This document shows positions 38,084 through 50,700 of a stretch of 64,000 nucleotides of DNA, one piece after another (position 1 is the stretch's first letter; every line of letters begins with the position of its first letter). This DNA is from Geosiphon pyriformis uo1 (taxonomy: Eukaryota; Fungi; Glomeromycota): NCBI GenBank assembly GCA_016748015.1, contig JAAOMT010000040.1, positions 248,001 through 312,000 of the forward strand. The letters run 5' to 3'. The notes under the pieces are model-generated. The model saw nothing but the letters and a program-made list of their open reading frames with translations. It searched no databases and was not told the origin of the DNA. The translations under genes and the position numbers were made by a program.

Positions 38084-40680
38084 CTGTTTTGCTATTAATT
38101 TTACTATTAATACAAATTAATAAATTTTTAATAAGTTAATTTATCTTTCAAAATTTTTTTCTATATTTAAGACTATTATTATTATTAAATTTATAATAAA
38201 ATAACCAATTTTGTATCAATTATTTTATATAGTTATTTTAGTAAAAGTTAACTTTTTTATAAAAATTTCTTATTTATAAGTTTTTTAATAATATGTAATT
38301 ATTTTGTTATAAAAGTTAACTCTTTTATAAAAAGTTTTAATTATAATTTGTTTAATAATATAAAAAAATAAATAAATAAAAATAAATAAATAAATAATTG
38401 TTTTCAATTTAAGTCTAAAAATAACTAAGCAATTATTAAAATTAATAACTAATTAATTTTAAAATATTAATTATAATTGTGAGTTTTTTGAGTAATATTA
38501 AATTTGAAAAAACTTTTAAGTTTTTAAAATAGATTTTATTAAATTAATTTATAATTATTTGCTGATTTTAATTTTAAAAAAAAATATTTTTTTAAAAAGA
38601 AAAGTTTTTTTTATATAATTTATTATAATATTATTTTATAATCTTATTTTTTTTTTGCTATTATTTTACAAATTAAAAATATATTTTAGTAATTATAAGT
38701 TGATTTTATAAATTATTAATTAATTTAATAAATTTTTGAATATTTTATTAAATTATTAAATATTTTTAAATATTATATAATTTAAAATATTACATGATCT
38801 AATTATTATATTTAGTTATATTTGTGTATTATACTAATTAAATTATTAATTAAATAATAGTTTGATAATTTGATAGAATAATAAGTAATAATTTGAAATA
38901 ATAATATATATTAATTAATAATAGAAATTATAAAAATAATAAGAATAATATTATATGAATTAATAATTCAAATTTTTACTGATAACAATATATTTTTAAA
39001 GATTAATTTGAAATCTATTTATTATTGCTAAAGTTTTTATTAAGATTATTTTTTTAATTTAAAAACATCAAATATTAATAGTCCTTTAACATTTTTTTTA
39101 ATTTTAACAATAAATTTTTTATTAATTAGTAATAATATAAATAATTTTGATTAAAAATTATTTTTTCAAAAAATTTAGCTAATAAATAACAGTTTTATTT
39201 AATAGATAATACAAGTAAGTTTTATTGTAATAATTTGGTTTTTAATATTAATTTTTATTTTTTTTTGATTAAAAATTTATTTAAAAATAAATATTAAAAA
39301 ATAATTGATGTAAAAATTGAAATAAAAACTAGAAAATTAAATATATATTTTTTAATATTAAAACTACTATATATATAGTTTTACAAAAAACATTTTATAA
39401 TACTTTATTTTTTATATTTTAATATAGTATTTATTGTTATTGTAAAATAATGCTTATTGTTAATACTATTTAATAATTATTGCTATATTAATTATTATTT
39501 TTTTAAGATTATTACTGTATTATATTATAATTAGATTATTTATATTATTTATAATTTTTATTAAATTTTTAAACTGTAATAATGATTATAAATGTTTTAA
39601 AAATAAAAATATTGTATTTTTACTTCTTATTTTAATTATAATTATAAAAATACAGAAAAAAAAATTTTAATTAATAATAATATAAAAATATAATTTGTTT
39701 TGTTTTTAAAACCAATAAAAATTATTAAATTTAATATATTAAGTTATTTAGTTATGTATTAAATTTGTTAAATATGTTGTTATTACTATTATTTAAAACA
39801 AAAAAAAAATTATTGTTTATAATTAAATTAAAATTAAATATTATAATTTATATAAATACAATAAAATTAATATAAATATCAAAAAAACTAACTTTAAATT
39901 AAAAATGCTGTTTTATTTTTTTTTATTTTTTTTTATTAATTAACAAGTGAGGTCTAAACGCTATCTACTGCTATACATCAAAGAAATAATCTAAAGTAGG
40001 CGCTGTTTTATAAAACATTAAAAAAATACTTTTTTTAATATTTAGTTTTTTTGGTTATTTAAGCAATAATAAAAAGAATTGTTAAAAAAAAATCAACTTT
40101 ATTACCAGTTTATTGTTGAATCTTTTATAATAATAACAATTATATTAAAATTAATTATAATTAATTGTTAAAAAAAAACTTTTATTTAAAGTTAAAAATT
40201 GTGTTTTTTTAATAATTAAAAACTTTTTTTTATAATAATATTTAAAAAAAATGCTGTTTAGCTGTTTTACTTTTAAAAAAGCTTTTTAAGTATTAAAATT
40301 AGTAAAAACAATAAAAAAAATGGTTGTTTTTTTTAGCTTTTTGCTTTGATTGTAATTATAAAAATTCCAAATAAAAAATAATATTTTTTTTGTCATATTA
40401 AATACACATATGTATATGTACATATGTGTATTTAATATGTTATTTAAAAATTTATTATTATTATTTATTTTGTAAACAATATTTTTATAAATTCCAACAA
40501 TATTTTTTTTAAATAAAATTTGTTATGTTATTGTGTTTATATAAGTTAATAGAAGGATGGTTTTTATTAATTATTAAGCTTATTAATTATATAATAAGAT
40601 TAGCATTATTATTATTTATAATTATTACAAAGTTTTAAATGTGTTAAAAAAAGTTGTTTTTTTTTAAAACATTTGAAATC
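38084..40680. other. Extreme AT tract, probably fully decayed repeat sequence
   Basis: Visually about 90% A+T, no ORFs in the track, not simple tandem repeat. Confidence 0.7.
40394..40439. repeat. Perfect 21-bp inverted repeat with 4-nt spacer
   Basis: CATATTAAATACACATATGTA-tatg-TACATATGTGTATTTAATATG. Confidence 0.95.
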
Positions 40681-42914
40681 AAAGATAATACTGCAACTGG
40701 TTGTAACCCTTTTTTTTTTATTAAGAGCCACAAACTTTATGAAAATTTAAAACTGAAAAAATGCCATCTTTACTTGAAAACAATAGAAAAATAAGGTTTA
40801 TTTGAATATTGGTAATATTTCAATTATTAATTCATCTTCATCACCTGATTGACCTAGAAATTTATCCCACGCACGACCTTGTTAAAATGTACAGTGTTGT
40901 ACAACAATGGCCATTGGACAATTTACTCGCATGACTTGATAATAATCAGATGTATTTGCGTCCACAGCGTTTGAATGAACAGTAGTCAATGCAATAAACC
41001 TTTCCCTTTTCAAGACCTTTGATAACAGATCTATCTCATCTTACCGAATAAAACTTTCAGCACGATCCCAAAATATGCCCGACTAAAACTTTCAGGCATT
41101 AATGACATTGGCAGCACAAAGAACTCACCTCGTGGTGAATTAAGAATGGTCAAAAAACACTTGTTTCGCTCTTTGGAACTGGTCGGTAAAAGCATATGAT
41201 TTTCAGGTGTTAGGACGCGATTAAGGATCAATTTACAAAGAAAAAATTATCGTATATTTCTTTTCTGGCTCTCTTTGAATCCTGTTTTAACACAAGTTTT
41301 ATTTGTGACGTGTAAATTCCCAGGGGCACCTTCTAATTCAATGGTGAAAAAGGCAAAGGTCTTAAGAAGATTGATGTTCAAATTGTTTCTTTTGAAACGT
41401 GGTCAGGATTGGTTCCCAAGTTGCGATTACTCATTTGCATGTTTAATAAATATTGATTTATGATACCATGATCCAGTGCTTGAACCAGATTTTGATTTGG
41501 TATTATTCTCACCTGTGTTAAACATTAAACCAACATATCATGTTAAATATACAAAAAGCCCTATAAATTACCTAATCAGTATGTACTTTACTTGGTTCCA
41601 AATAGAATATTGAAGGCATGCGAAGTTTAGGGTATTTCGACTTCTTGCAGAGTCTCGAACAACATTGTCTGATGCCAAAGAAATTTCGTGTTTTTTCCAC
41701 GATCAACAGATGCTTTTTTAATTTAATGAGCCTTCAATAAAGAGCAGGTGATTCTTGGGCTAAAATAGATGAAAAAAGACATTAAACTTTAAGAAAATTT
41801 GTCCTTTTATCATTGGTCTTTTTTTTTCTTTAATAAAAATGACCCAAGAAACCAAAGGAACCCACCTCCTCATCTTCAAAGATCCTTTTTTGATCATTAT
41901 ATTAGTCATGGACCACTTTTATTTTAAGTTTCTCTCGCGCAGTCTTAAAATAGATAATTTAAAAAAAAACTAATTAAGAAATCCTTCTTTCATACATAAA
42001 AAGAGTAGTAGACGTTTTTGATTGTATTATACAGAAGAATTTTTAGGTTAGTTTCGAGGGATAAATACCCGATTTCAGACCTAAATAGGTTTTTTTTTCA
42101 CCAACAAAAGAAATACACGAAAATACGAGGTCTATACAAAAAGGTATATTTCCCCTTTTTACGTACTTTTGCTGCGGAATTTACAATTGATTATTTTAAT
42201 TTTTCAGCTTCTGACGAGGCCAAGTTGGAAATCATTATGATTTGCATTGTTGATAACACAGCTCTTTTTTAAAAGGAATTTGTAAGCACCTACTTTGCCA
42301 CCACAAGGAAAAATATTCATAACACGCCTCAAAGTCCTTGTTAATACAATTAATTCTATCCATTAATCTGGAAAAAGATACAGAATTAACCCAGAAGACA
42401 ATTAAAAAAAACCCCATTTTTTCTTGCTTCAAGAATTTTAATCAAAGAAAAAACTCATCATAACAATTACTCAAAAAATCTGCATTCTTTTTATTATCAG
42501 CTGAAAAAGTACAAATACTCGCAGATTCACGCGCAAACGGTAAAACCTTGCACATCCCAACCAACAGTCATCTTAATTTTTTCCCTCTGATTTTCTTTGC
42601 GCGATATCATTTGGATCTTTTGGCCGTTAAATTTTCTTTCATTTCCAAACTCCGATTTCGCAAAAGCAAACACACTAGTACATTTTTTTGCTCGTGCATT
42701 TATAATCTTTAAAATCAGAAGCATAGTACGCTAATTTCCTTGTGATTTTCAACTTTGAAATTTCTTTTTTTTTTAAAAAAACAATCATTCCTTATAATTA
42801 AAAAATTTTTTTCTTTGAACCCCTTCTTTCATACTATCAAGTTCACAGTTTTGAAACTATTCAACCTTCTAACTATCACAAGAAAAGTCCACGTCAGCAA
42901 ACAAGAAATACGCT

Positions 42915-44236
42915 ATGTTTGAAACAGCAGCCACCGCTTTATACCACACAAACGGCCAACCAGCCAAAGGTCTCTTTAGCAATATAACAATACCCTCATC
43001 ACTACCGACTCACTTTTTACAAAACTCCTTCATCATGTTTCCGTTAGCGTTGTTCGGTCAACAAACAGAACAGCCAGAGGTAACTTCAACAACCACAACT
43101 CTTTCCCCTTTAGATAGTAAAAATCATGGACAAAACATTCCAATAACACCACCAACACCAGCACCACTTTCTTCACCGTTATCACCATCCCAAACTACAG
43201 CACCACCTGTGAATAAACGTCTAAATCAACGAAGGAACAAAGTTGGGAATTCTGCTTCAGCTGCTATCGTTGCTCAAGCTGGCAACATGAATTTCAATGC
43301 GATGGTTCCATCCTCTGGTCCTCATCAAAATAATCAATCGCAGAATAATACACATAATACAAGACGAAAAAGATTGTCAAATCGAATGAATCGTAATTTG
43401 ATTGATCAGGCTATCACTTTTTCGGCGATTGCTGTCGAAGAAGATCAACAGGGTAACCATCAATGTGCTCTTGACCTTTATTTGACCGCTTTGGAGAGTA
43501 TGCTTTACGCAATGCCAAGTATGTATACCATATCCATTGGAAAATTTTTTCCATCATCTCACCCCTAAATAGTTTTGATTGATTCAAATTCTTGTGAAAC
43601 CCATGTGAATATATCACGATGAAAACGCGTGACTAACATCTGATCTAAATTTCAATTTTCATCATAGTTCATACGGATAACAATCGTAAAGCAGCGGTAG
43701 AAGAGAAATTAAGAGAATTCATCAATAGCGTAGGCTTTGCAGAAGATTTTCTACAAACTCCACCTGCTTCGAACAATCGATCATTATCCATATCTCTCAA
43801 TGGCAATCAAACCGAACACAATGGCATGATTACTGCATACCCAAATGGGGGAAGAGGCTTATCTTGTGGTGTTGACAACCCCACACCAGCTCCCTCAATA
43901 TCTCAACATATAATCAACGCAGCAATTACGAGTGCCGTAGCACTCAAACAATCTCCGATTCCCGATGCAATCTCTGCCACCGTTAATTACACCATGAAAA
44001 AGGTGAAACAAATTGATGAAACTTATGGATTACAAGAAAAAGCATGGGAGATTTCTAGAACTGGAATTAATATGGCCCTGGAAATAGATCAACAATATAA
44101 TGTTCACGAAAAGGTTGGCAATGCCATCTTCACCGGGTTGGCTGCAGCAATGAAAGCCGGAATAGCTTATAAAGATTCACCATCGTATCAAGAATTGAAA
44201 CGTATGAAGTCAGAGTATCAGACCCTTGTAAAATAA
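42915..44236 (+). CDS. Host gene, two exons (42915-43518, 43668-44236), about 390 aa, MIT-like domain protein
   Basis: Intron 43519-43667 has GTATGT donor, GACTAAC branch point and CATAG acceptor. Splicing joins the two ORFs in frame, giving LIDQAITFSAIAVEEDQQGNHQCALDLYLTALESMLYAMPIHTDNNRKAAVEEKLREF (MIT-like). The start could instead be the ATG at 43035. Confidence 0.85.
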
Positions 44237-45805
44237 AGTTGAGAAATCAGATGTGTGATCTATCGACACCACGTGATTGGATTAATATAATCGAATATGC
44301 ATATTGAGATTTAGTGGATAACTCAACCATCGTCCTCAAAGATTCATTTCCAAAAGAACAATTTAAAAGCCTTTATCAGTTATCTCTTCTTTCTTTCATA
44401 CATAACTTGTATTTGGTACCTAATATTGGCAAAATCTATATGATGCTTTGGTAACATTAGCCGTTCTCTCAGCAGTAGAACCGCAGTTGGCTTCGAAATC
44501 TGGATGATTAAAAGTCAAAGACGGTCAAAGCTCGCTTCCGAATAATCAAGGAACAATGTGAATTTTTTCTGCTTTATTCCGATTTGGTGTTAAAACACTG
44601 CTTCGTTATATATCTTTTCGAAGGATTCTTTACCTTGATGCTTCCCTATTTCCAAACCTTTAACTTGATATATAAACGAACATGTACACAGGCACATTTA
44701 TAAACAGTAAATTAGTATTATTTCCTCCTTCCTTTTGTCATTAGTAGTTATTATAATGTTCTTTCAGGTATCTGGAGATTAAATCCAGCATAGATTTTTG
44801 AAGGTGATAAAGATTAAAGAGAGCAGAAATAGACTTTTGTGTGTCACCAATTTTTTGAAAAGACATTCTCATAGTTTATTTTAATCTTTTTTGTTATTGA
44901 TTTTTGTTTTATTTCAAGAGTCAAAGAGGCAAACATCGATTGTTTTTTTACCTTAAATCTTTGACTATGGATTTTAGTTTAAAAGGATGTTTCAAAAATA
45001 ATTATTTGCTTCGTGACATAGAATCCTTTCATTTTTATCGACTTAGTCGGTAAAACGATCCAGATCTTTGAAAAGACATTTTTGTACAGATAATAAAATC
45101 AAGACTCGATTCCATTTGTTGCCAGACAATTTCTACTTCTCAAACAATATTTGTTATTGATATATATATACACAGGAGCGCTGTTCGTCACCAAATTGGG
45201 CTGGGTTATAAAGATAACTCAATTAACAAAAAGTCGTCATATCCGGATTTCATCAAATAACCCAATTGTATCATTCTACTGTACTTTATTTTTCTTATTA
45301 TTGAAGAGACACACATCATTTTATTTTCAATTTATTTTTAAACTTTATTATGTTAATTTCTTATCATTTTTTTAAAAGTAAACAATTTTTTTGTAATTTT
45401 TTATATATATTTTTGTTTAAGATTGTTTCAAAGCTTTTATGATTACATAATAATTTTTATTAAATATTTTTATACACAATTTAATTTTAATAAATAACTT
45501 GTTAAATTGTAAAAATTGTAAATAATTATAATTTATGAATTTTTTTTATGTTTAACATTAAATAATTTTCTGAATTGTTAATGTTTTACAACATAATTCA
45601 ACTATAAACTATTTTAAATAACTTATTTATTAAGTATTAAATATAAATTATATTATATACAATACAAAAAAAAGGGAGACTTTCTTCTTTCGTTGATCCC
45701 CTGGTCACAACGAGAGCTTTGAGTCGTCACTGAAATAGCCTTCCTTTTCCCTTTCCCCTTCACCTTTCTCCAGTTATTTCTTCAGACATTCCCCTTTTTG
45801 TGGCT

Positions 45806-47762
45806 ATGGAACCGGTGGGCTTTGCTGCTGGTGGTTCTGGGTCCGTTTCGGCTGGGTTGGGGACCCGGTCTGGTGTCAAAAACAAGCGTTCGGTTGGTCC
45901 TCAATCTCGCGGTGCGTCCTATAAGAAGCCGAAGAAACCTGTGGCGGTTGACGGTTTGGTGGAGTCGTCTGCTGGTGTCTCGAACGTTATGGATGAAAGT
46001 GGTGACGGACCTAATATTGGGCGATCGTGGGCTAGCGAGGTCAACAGCGAAGTGGACAGCGTAAGTGGCGTCTCGGACTTGGATAACTTGGAAAACGTCG
46101 TCGCTGAGGAAACTAGCTATGCAGAGTCGGATGTTTCAGGTTTGGACGACGACATGAACGATGCCACGCCAAGGAAGACGCGTACCCGCACCTATGTTCT
46201 GAACAGTAAGCCGCCACCTCTCTCTTTCAACGTGCTAAGTGATGGTGAAGACACTCTGCCTCTTCCGAATCCTAAATTTTGTGGGTCCAATCGCCTTCCT
46301 CCAGTCGGGTCACGTGCTCCGGAGAAACGGAGTTTTATTTCGTCAAAATCGTTTGCATTGGATATTGAGCTATCTGCCGTTCCTGGCAAAACTATTGGTG
46401 ATAAGTTGGTTTGTGTGAAAAAAAATTTTTATCAGGTTGATGGTTTTGGGGGGGGTTTCGACTCCCTCAAAATTTCCTGAAATAATAAGGTCATCATTTA
46501 CATCTGAAAAAAGTTTGTTTAAGGCGAGGAAAATGGCAATCAGTGAAAAAATATTGGTAAATGATGATCTAAGAAAAGTAAACAGCCATTTAGATTGGGA
46601 GATAATCGTCAAGGAAATCCCAGTAGATTTTCCCAAATCGGCAATTGAGGCAGTGTTCTCCAAGTTTGGCAAGATTGTTTCAATTAAAGTGCAGTTTATT
46701 GGTCTTTGGCAAAAGGTCTTGGTGGAATATGAATTATTTGAGATGACTGATTTGGTCGCAGCTAGATAGTCTGTGCTCATAGAAAAGGATTCTGTCCATG
46801 TGGCAAAGGCAAATATTGATAAACAAACATGGGTATCGAGGGATCAGCATTGGGCTTTGCTTTATACTCTTTCAGTTGGCACCAATGCTCATGATCTTTT
46901 CAGTTTGTTGGAATCATATGGTGAGAAGATTTGTTATATCAGCTGTAATCCTAGTTCATATGTTTGTGATAGATGTGCTGTAATTTGTTTTGGTGATGAG
47001 GCATCCAAGTTGGCTACTATTGGTATCATTTCAGTTTTGAGAAATGTGAGTTTGCGTTGGGCTGGTTTTTCTTTGGCCAGTTGTGCTTGTTGTAAACAAT
47101 TCAGTCATGTTTTGGTTAATTGTTCCTTGGGTGAGTATTTTGGTGTTTGAGGAAGGAGGGTGGTTTCTGAGCAAAATCGGGTTCGTCTAGCTGGGATATA
47201 TAAAAGGAAATCAGCCTCTGTTGCTCGTCCAGTTTCTTTTGGTGGAAAGACGTGGGCCCAAGTGGCAGGCCGTTCTCCTTCTTGTGTTGTCTCTTCGGGT
47301 GCTCCTGGTGTCAGTTTGGTCTCTGGTTTGAAGGCTTTCTCAATGGATTCCTCCTCGTCTGGTGCTGCTGATCTAGGTGGTTGCCTAGCTGTGCTGAAAT
47401 GTTCCGTGGAAATTCTCATGGACCAAGTCTTACTCATTTTAAAGAAATTAAGTTTCGTTGACTTGGTGCTATTGGCATCTTCTCTCTCAGCTTTTCCTTT
47501 GGTGTTTCCAACTGCCATTGTTTTAGATATGGACTTAGGTTTGGATTTGGATAGCATGTTGTTGTCGTCTGCCTCTTTTTCTCTCAATGTTGGTGGGTCG
47601 GTTGTTGATTTCAGTCCGAGCAGTTCTAAGGTTTTGACTGCCAAGATTGGTGGTTTGAAGTCAAATATGATGGCTCTTGAGGCTTCAGTTTGCTCGGTCT
47701 TGAATAGATTGGATCATCTGCGTTCTGGATCGGGTTCGTTGGCTTTTTCTCCATCTCAATGA
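45806..47762 (+). pseudogene. LINE ORF1 (RRM-like region plus CCHC knuckle)
   Basis: IVKEIPVDFPKSAIEAVFSKFGKI, CACCKQFSHVLVNC; frameshift in the G run near 46450, stops at 46769 and 47150. Confidence 0.85.
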
Positions 47763-50700
47763 GTAGTTTGGTTTGGAAATTTGCTACGTGCAATGTTTGG
47801 GGTATCAATGTTCCTGTGAAGCAAGCAGATGTTGTTCGTTGGCATGTGAGCTCAGGAAATATGGTTTCTTTTATCACTGAGACTAAGTTGAGATCCTTTT
47901 CTGGGCCATGGATAAAGGATAAATTTGATGGAGTGCGAATATTTTTTTCTGGCTTGGATAAGAGTTTCATAGGTGCTGGAATTGCGATTGTTATGAACAC
48001 TTCTTTGGCCCGTCATGTATCTAAGGTGGAAGAGATTCCTGGTTGGGTTATTTCTGTTCAGCTTCTGTTTAAGGGCAAGCTCTTGGTTACTGTTTTGGGG
48101 TTGTATGCTGGTGCCTCCTCTGGGGCTAGATTTGGTCAGGCTTCTGAAGTTAACACCCTCATTGCAAAGGCAGTCAACTCCAGCAATTTTGTTATCTTGG
48201 ATGGAGACCTTAATGAGAATGGATCTGGTAGAAGTGCTAGTTTTAAGTTTTGTTTGAGTTTAGGTTTGGTCAATTCATTTTTTGGTCATCATTTGGCTAA
48301 TTCTTATACGTGGAGCAATTCGAGAGAGGTTGGAAAAACAATTGATTACATTTTTGTTGGTAGTAATTTGTCTACTGCTGTTGCTGGCCATCAAGTTGTC
48401 TCTGTTTTAGATTTCTTTGACACCGATCACAAGGCTGTTGTAGTTTCAGTTGGTTTGGGTGGGCTTCTAGATGTACAATTGAACAGTTTGTGCAAGCAGG
48501 TGAATAAAAATCGTTGGAAGTTCAAAATCAAGAATGCTGACTGTGTTGGATGGGCTAAGTTTAAGGATCTCTTGTCAGCTAAACTTTTGTCTTTGGGTGA
48601 GGTGTTCTCTGGTGCCGAAATACGTGGTAATGTGGATGCTATGTGGGCAGTTTTGGTGGAAGCTGTGGTGAATTTTGCTGATGTGACATTTTCGAGGCAT
48701 TGGTTTAGTGAATTCAAGTGTTCGAGAAACAAACATTCTTCTAGGTTTTTTGGTCTGGAATTGTTGGTGGTCAAGATTGTCAAGAAATTTTGATCTGGTG
48801 ACTTGCTGGGCACTAATCGTCTTGTGAGTAAATGGTCGACTCTGGATAACGCAAAGGCTCATGCTTTCAAGGACTTGGTTGGCTCGGGTGTTAAATCTGA
48901 TGTTGTTGTTAGGCATTTGTCATTGGTTTGCAGAGATTACAGGAGGTCGAAGATGTTTGAGTCAAGATTGGCTGAGGAAGCTTCGGTTAGGAAGGTGATT
49001 GAGAAGCGCATGGATAATTTCTGTTCGGATAAGAATAGTATGATCAGGAGTGTGTTGGAAAAGCCTTTTCGCAAGGTTGTGTTGAATCACTTGATAGTTG
49101 ATGATGATCTGGTTTTGTTGCCTGAAGAGGTGAAGTCCAGTGTGGATGGAATAATGGAAGGGTGGACAAGGAAACACTCTGTGCAGTCAGTGCTTCCCAG
49201 TCTTTGGGCTCATCAGTACATGCCTTTGGACTATGTTCGGGATGATGCTTTTTCAGGTGTTATGAGTGCAATCAGTATGGGGTGAGTTACTTTCTGTTGT
49301 TGGTGGTCTTCTTGATGGCAAGGCTGCTGGTTTGTTTGGTGTTTCTAATGAGTTATGGAAACATGGTGGTGAGGTGGTTTTGGGGTGCCTGTTGGCGCTG
49401 TTTAATAAATGTTTGTCTGGTAGTGTGGTGCCTGTTTTGTGAAAGAGGGCTTGGGTGTCAATGATTCCTAAGCCTTATGACTGGGATGGAGTTCTTATGA
49501 ACACTCGGTCCATTGCTTTGATTGAGACTGCCAGGAAGATTCTTTCCAAGATTCTGTCTGACTGTATTTTAATGGCTTGTAGCAAGTTCAATGTTCTTCA
49601 GGGTGACAACTTTTTGGTGCTGAAGGGTACGTCAACACAATCTCCAGTGTTTGCTGTCGGTTCAGTAATTGAGGATGCCATTGAGAAGGATAGGGAGTTA
49701 TGGTTGGTCTTGCAAGATATGCGGAAAGCTTACGATTCAGTTGGGTGGCATCATTTAAGAGTTAGTTTGCGGCGTGTCAAGATGTGTGAGAGGTTCATAA
49801 GGTTTTTTGGTGGTATTCATGAGGATAGAATTAATAGGGTGATGACTGACTTTGGTTTGTCTGATGGTTATAAGATGCATGATGGGCTGGACCAGGGTAA
49901 GGTCTTTTCGCCACTTCTTTAGAGAATTTTTTATGATCCGCTTTTGTGTGAGGTTAAAAGACACGAACAATTGTGTGAATACTGGATTAATACTAAGTTT
50001 GTTTCAAAATCTGGCAGAATTGAGGGCAGTGGTGGTTTGACATCGTATTTTTCGGCTGGTGTGTTTGTCGATGATACGATCTGAGTTGGAAATTGTCAGG
50101 CTTCTACTCAATATGCTTTGAACATTGCCAGTGAATTTTTTGTGATCAATGATATTTCTATCAATAGTGAGAAGACAGTAGCTATTCCCATCAATCAGGG
50201 CGTTAAAGTTGCTTCACTGAACATTTGTGGTCAGCCAATTTCTATTGCCAAGAAAGAGGAAACACATTGGTATCTGGGTATTTTTCTGTCGACTGAAGGG
50301 CTCTCCAAGCCGAGTGTTGCCAAGGCTCATGCAGATGTACATTTCTTCATCAATGTTGTGCTTAGGAAGGCTATTACAGACAAACAATTCTCCTATCTGG
50401 TGTCGGCTGTTTTGCAGCCTATTGTTAGCTATTGTACTCAGTTCAGTTTTGTCTCATTTAATGTTTGTCGCAAGTGGGATGCCTTGGTTAGAAAGGATCT
50501 TAGGTTCAAGACTTGTCTCCCCCGTGATTTTCCTGACGCTGTCTTGCATCATCTCTCATTGTATAGCCTAAAGCCTTTTGAGCAGGTGCAGTCAGAAGAG
50601 AAGGTTGCTGCTTTGATAGCATTTTTGGGCATTTGTTTAGACATAGGTTTTTGGATCTACAGGTTCTTGGTTGGGCTCCTTTGGATCCTTTGCAGTTTCC

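Noticed and set aside
45151-45375. Short ORFs in intergenic DNA (also 42018-42724, 18997-19306)
   Set aside because: Mostly non-ATG starts, AT-biased composition, no motifs.
45667-45800. HDV-like or hammerhead ribozyme in the LINE 5' UTR
   Set aside because: I could not find the core motifs or required pairings by eye; an Infernal search would be needed.
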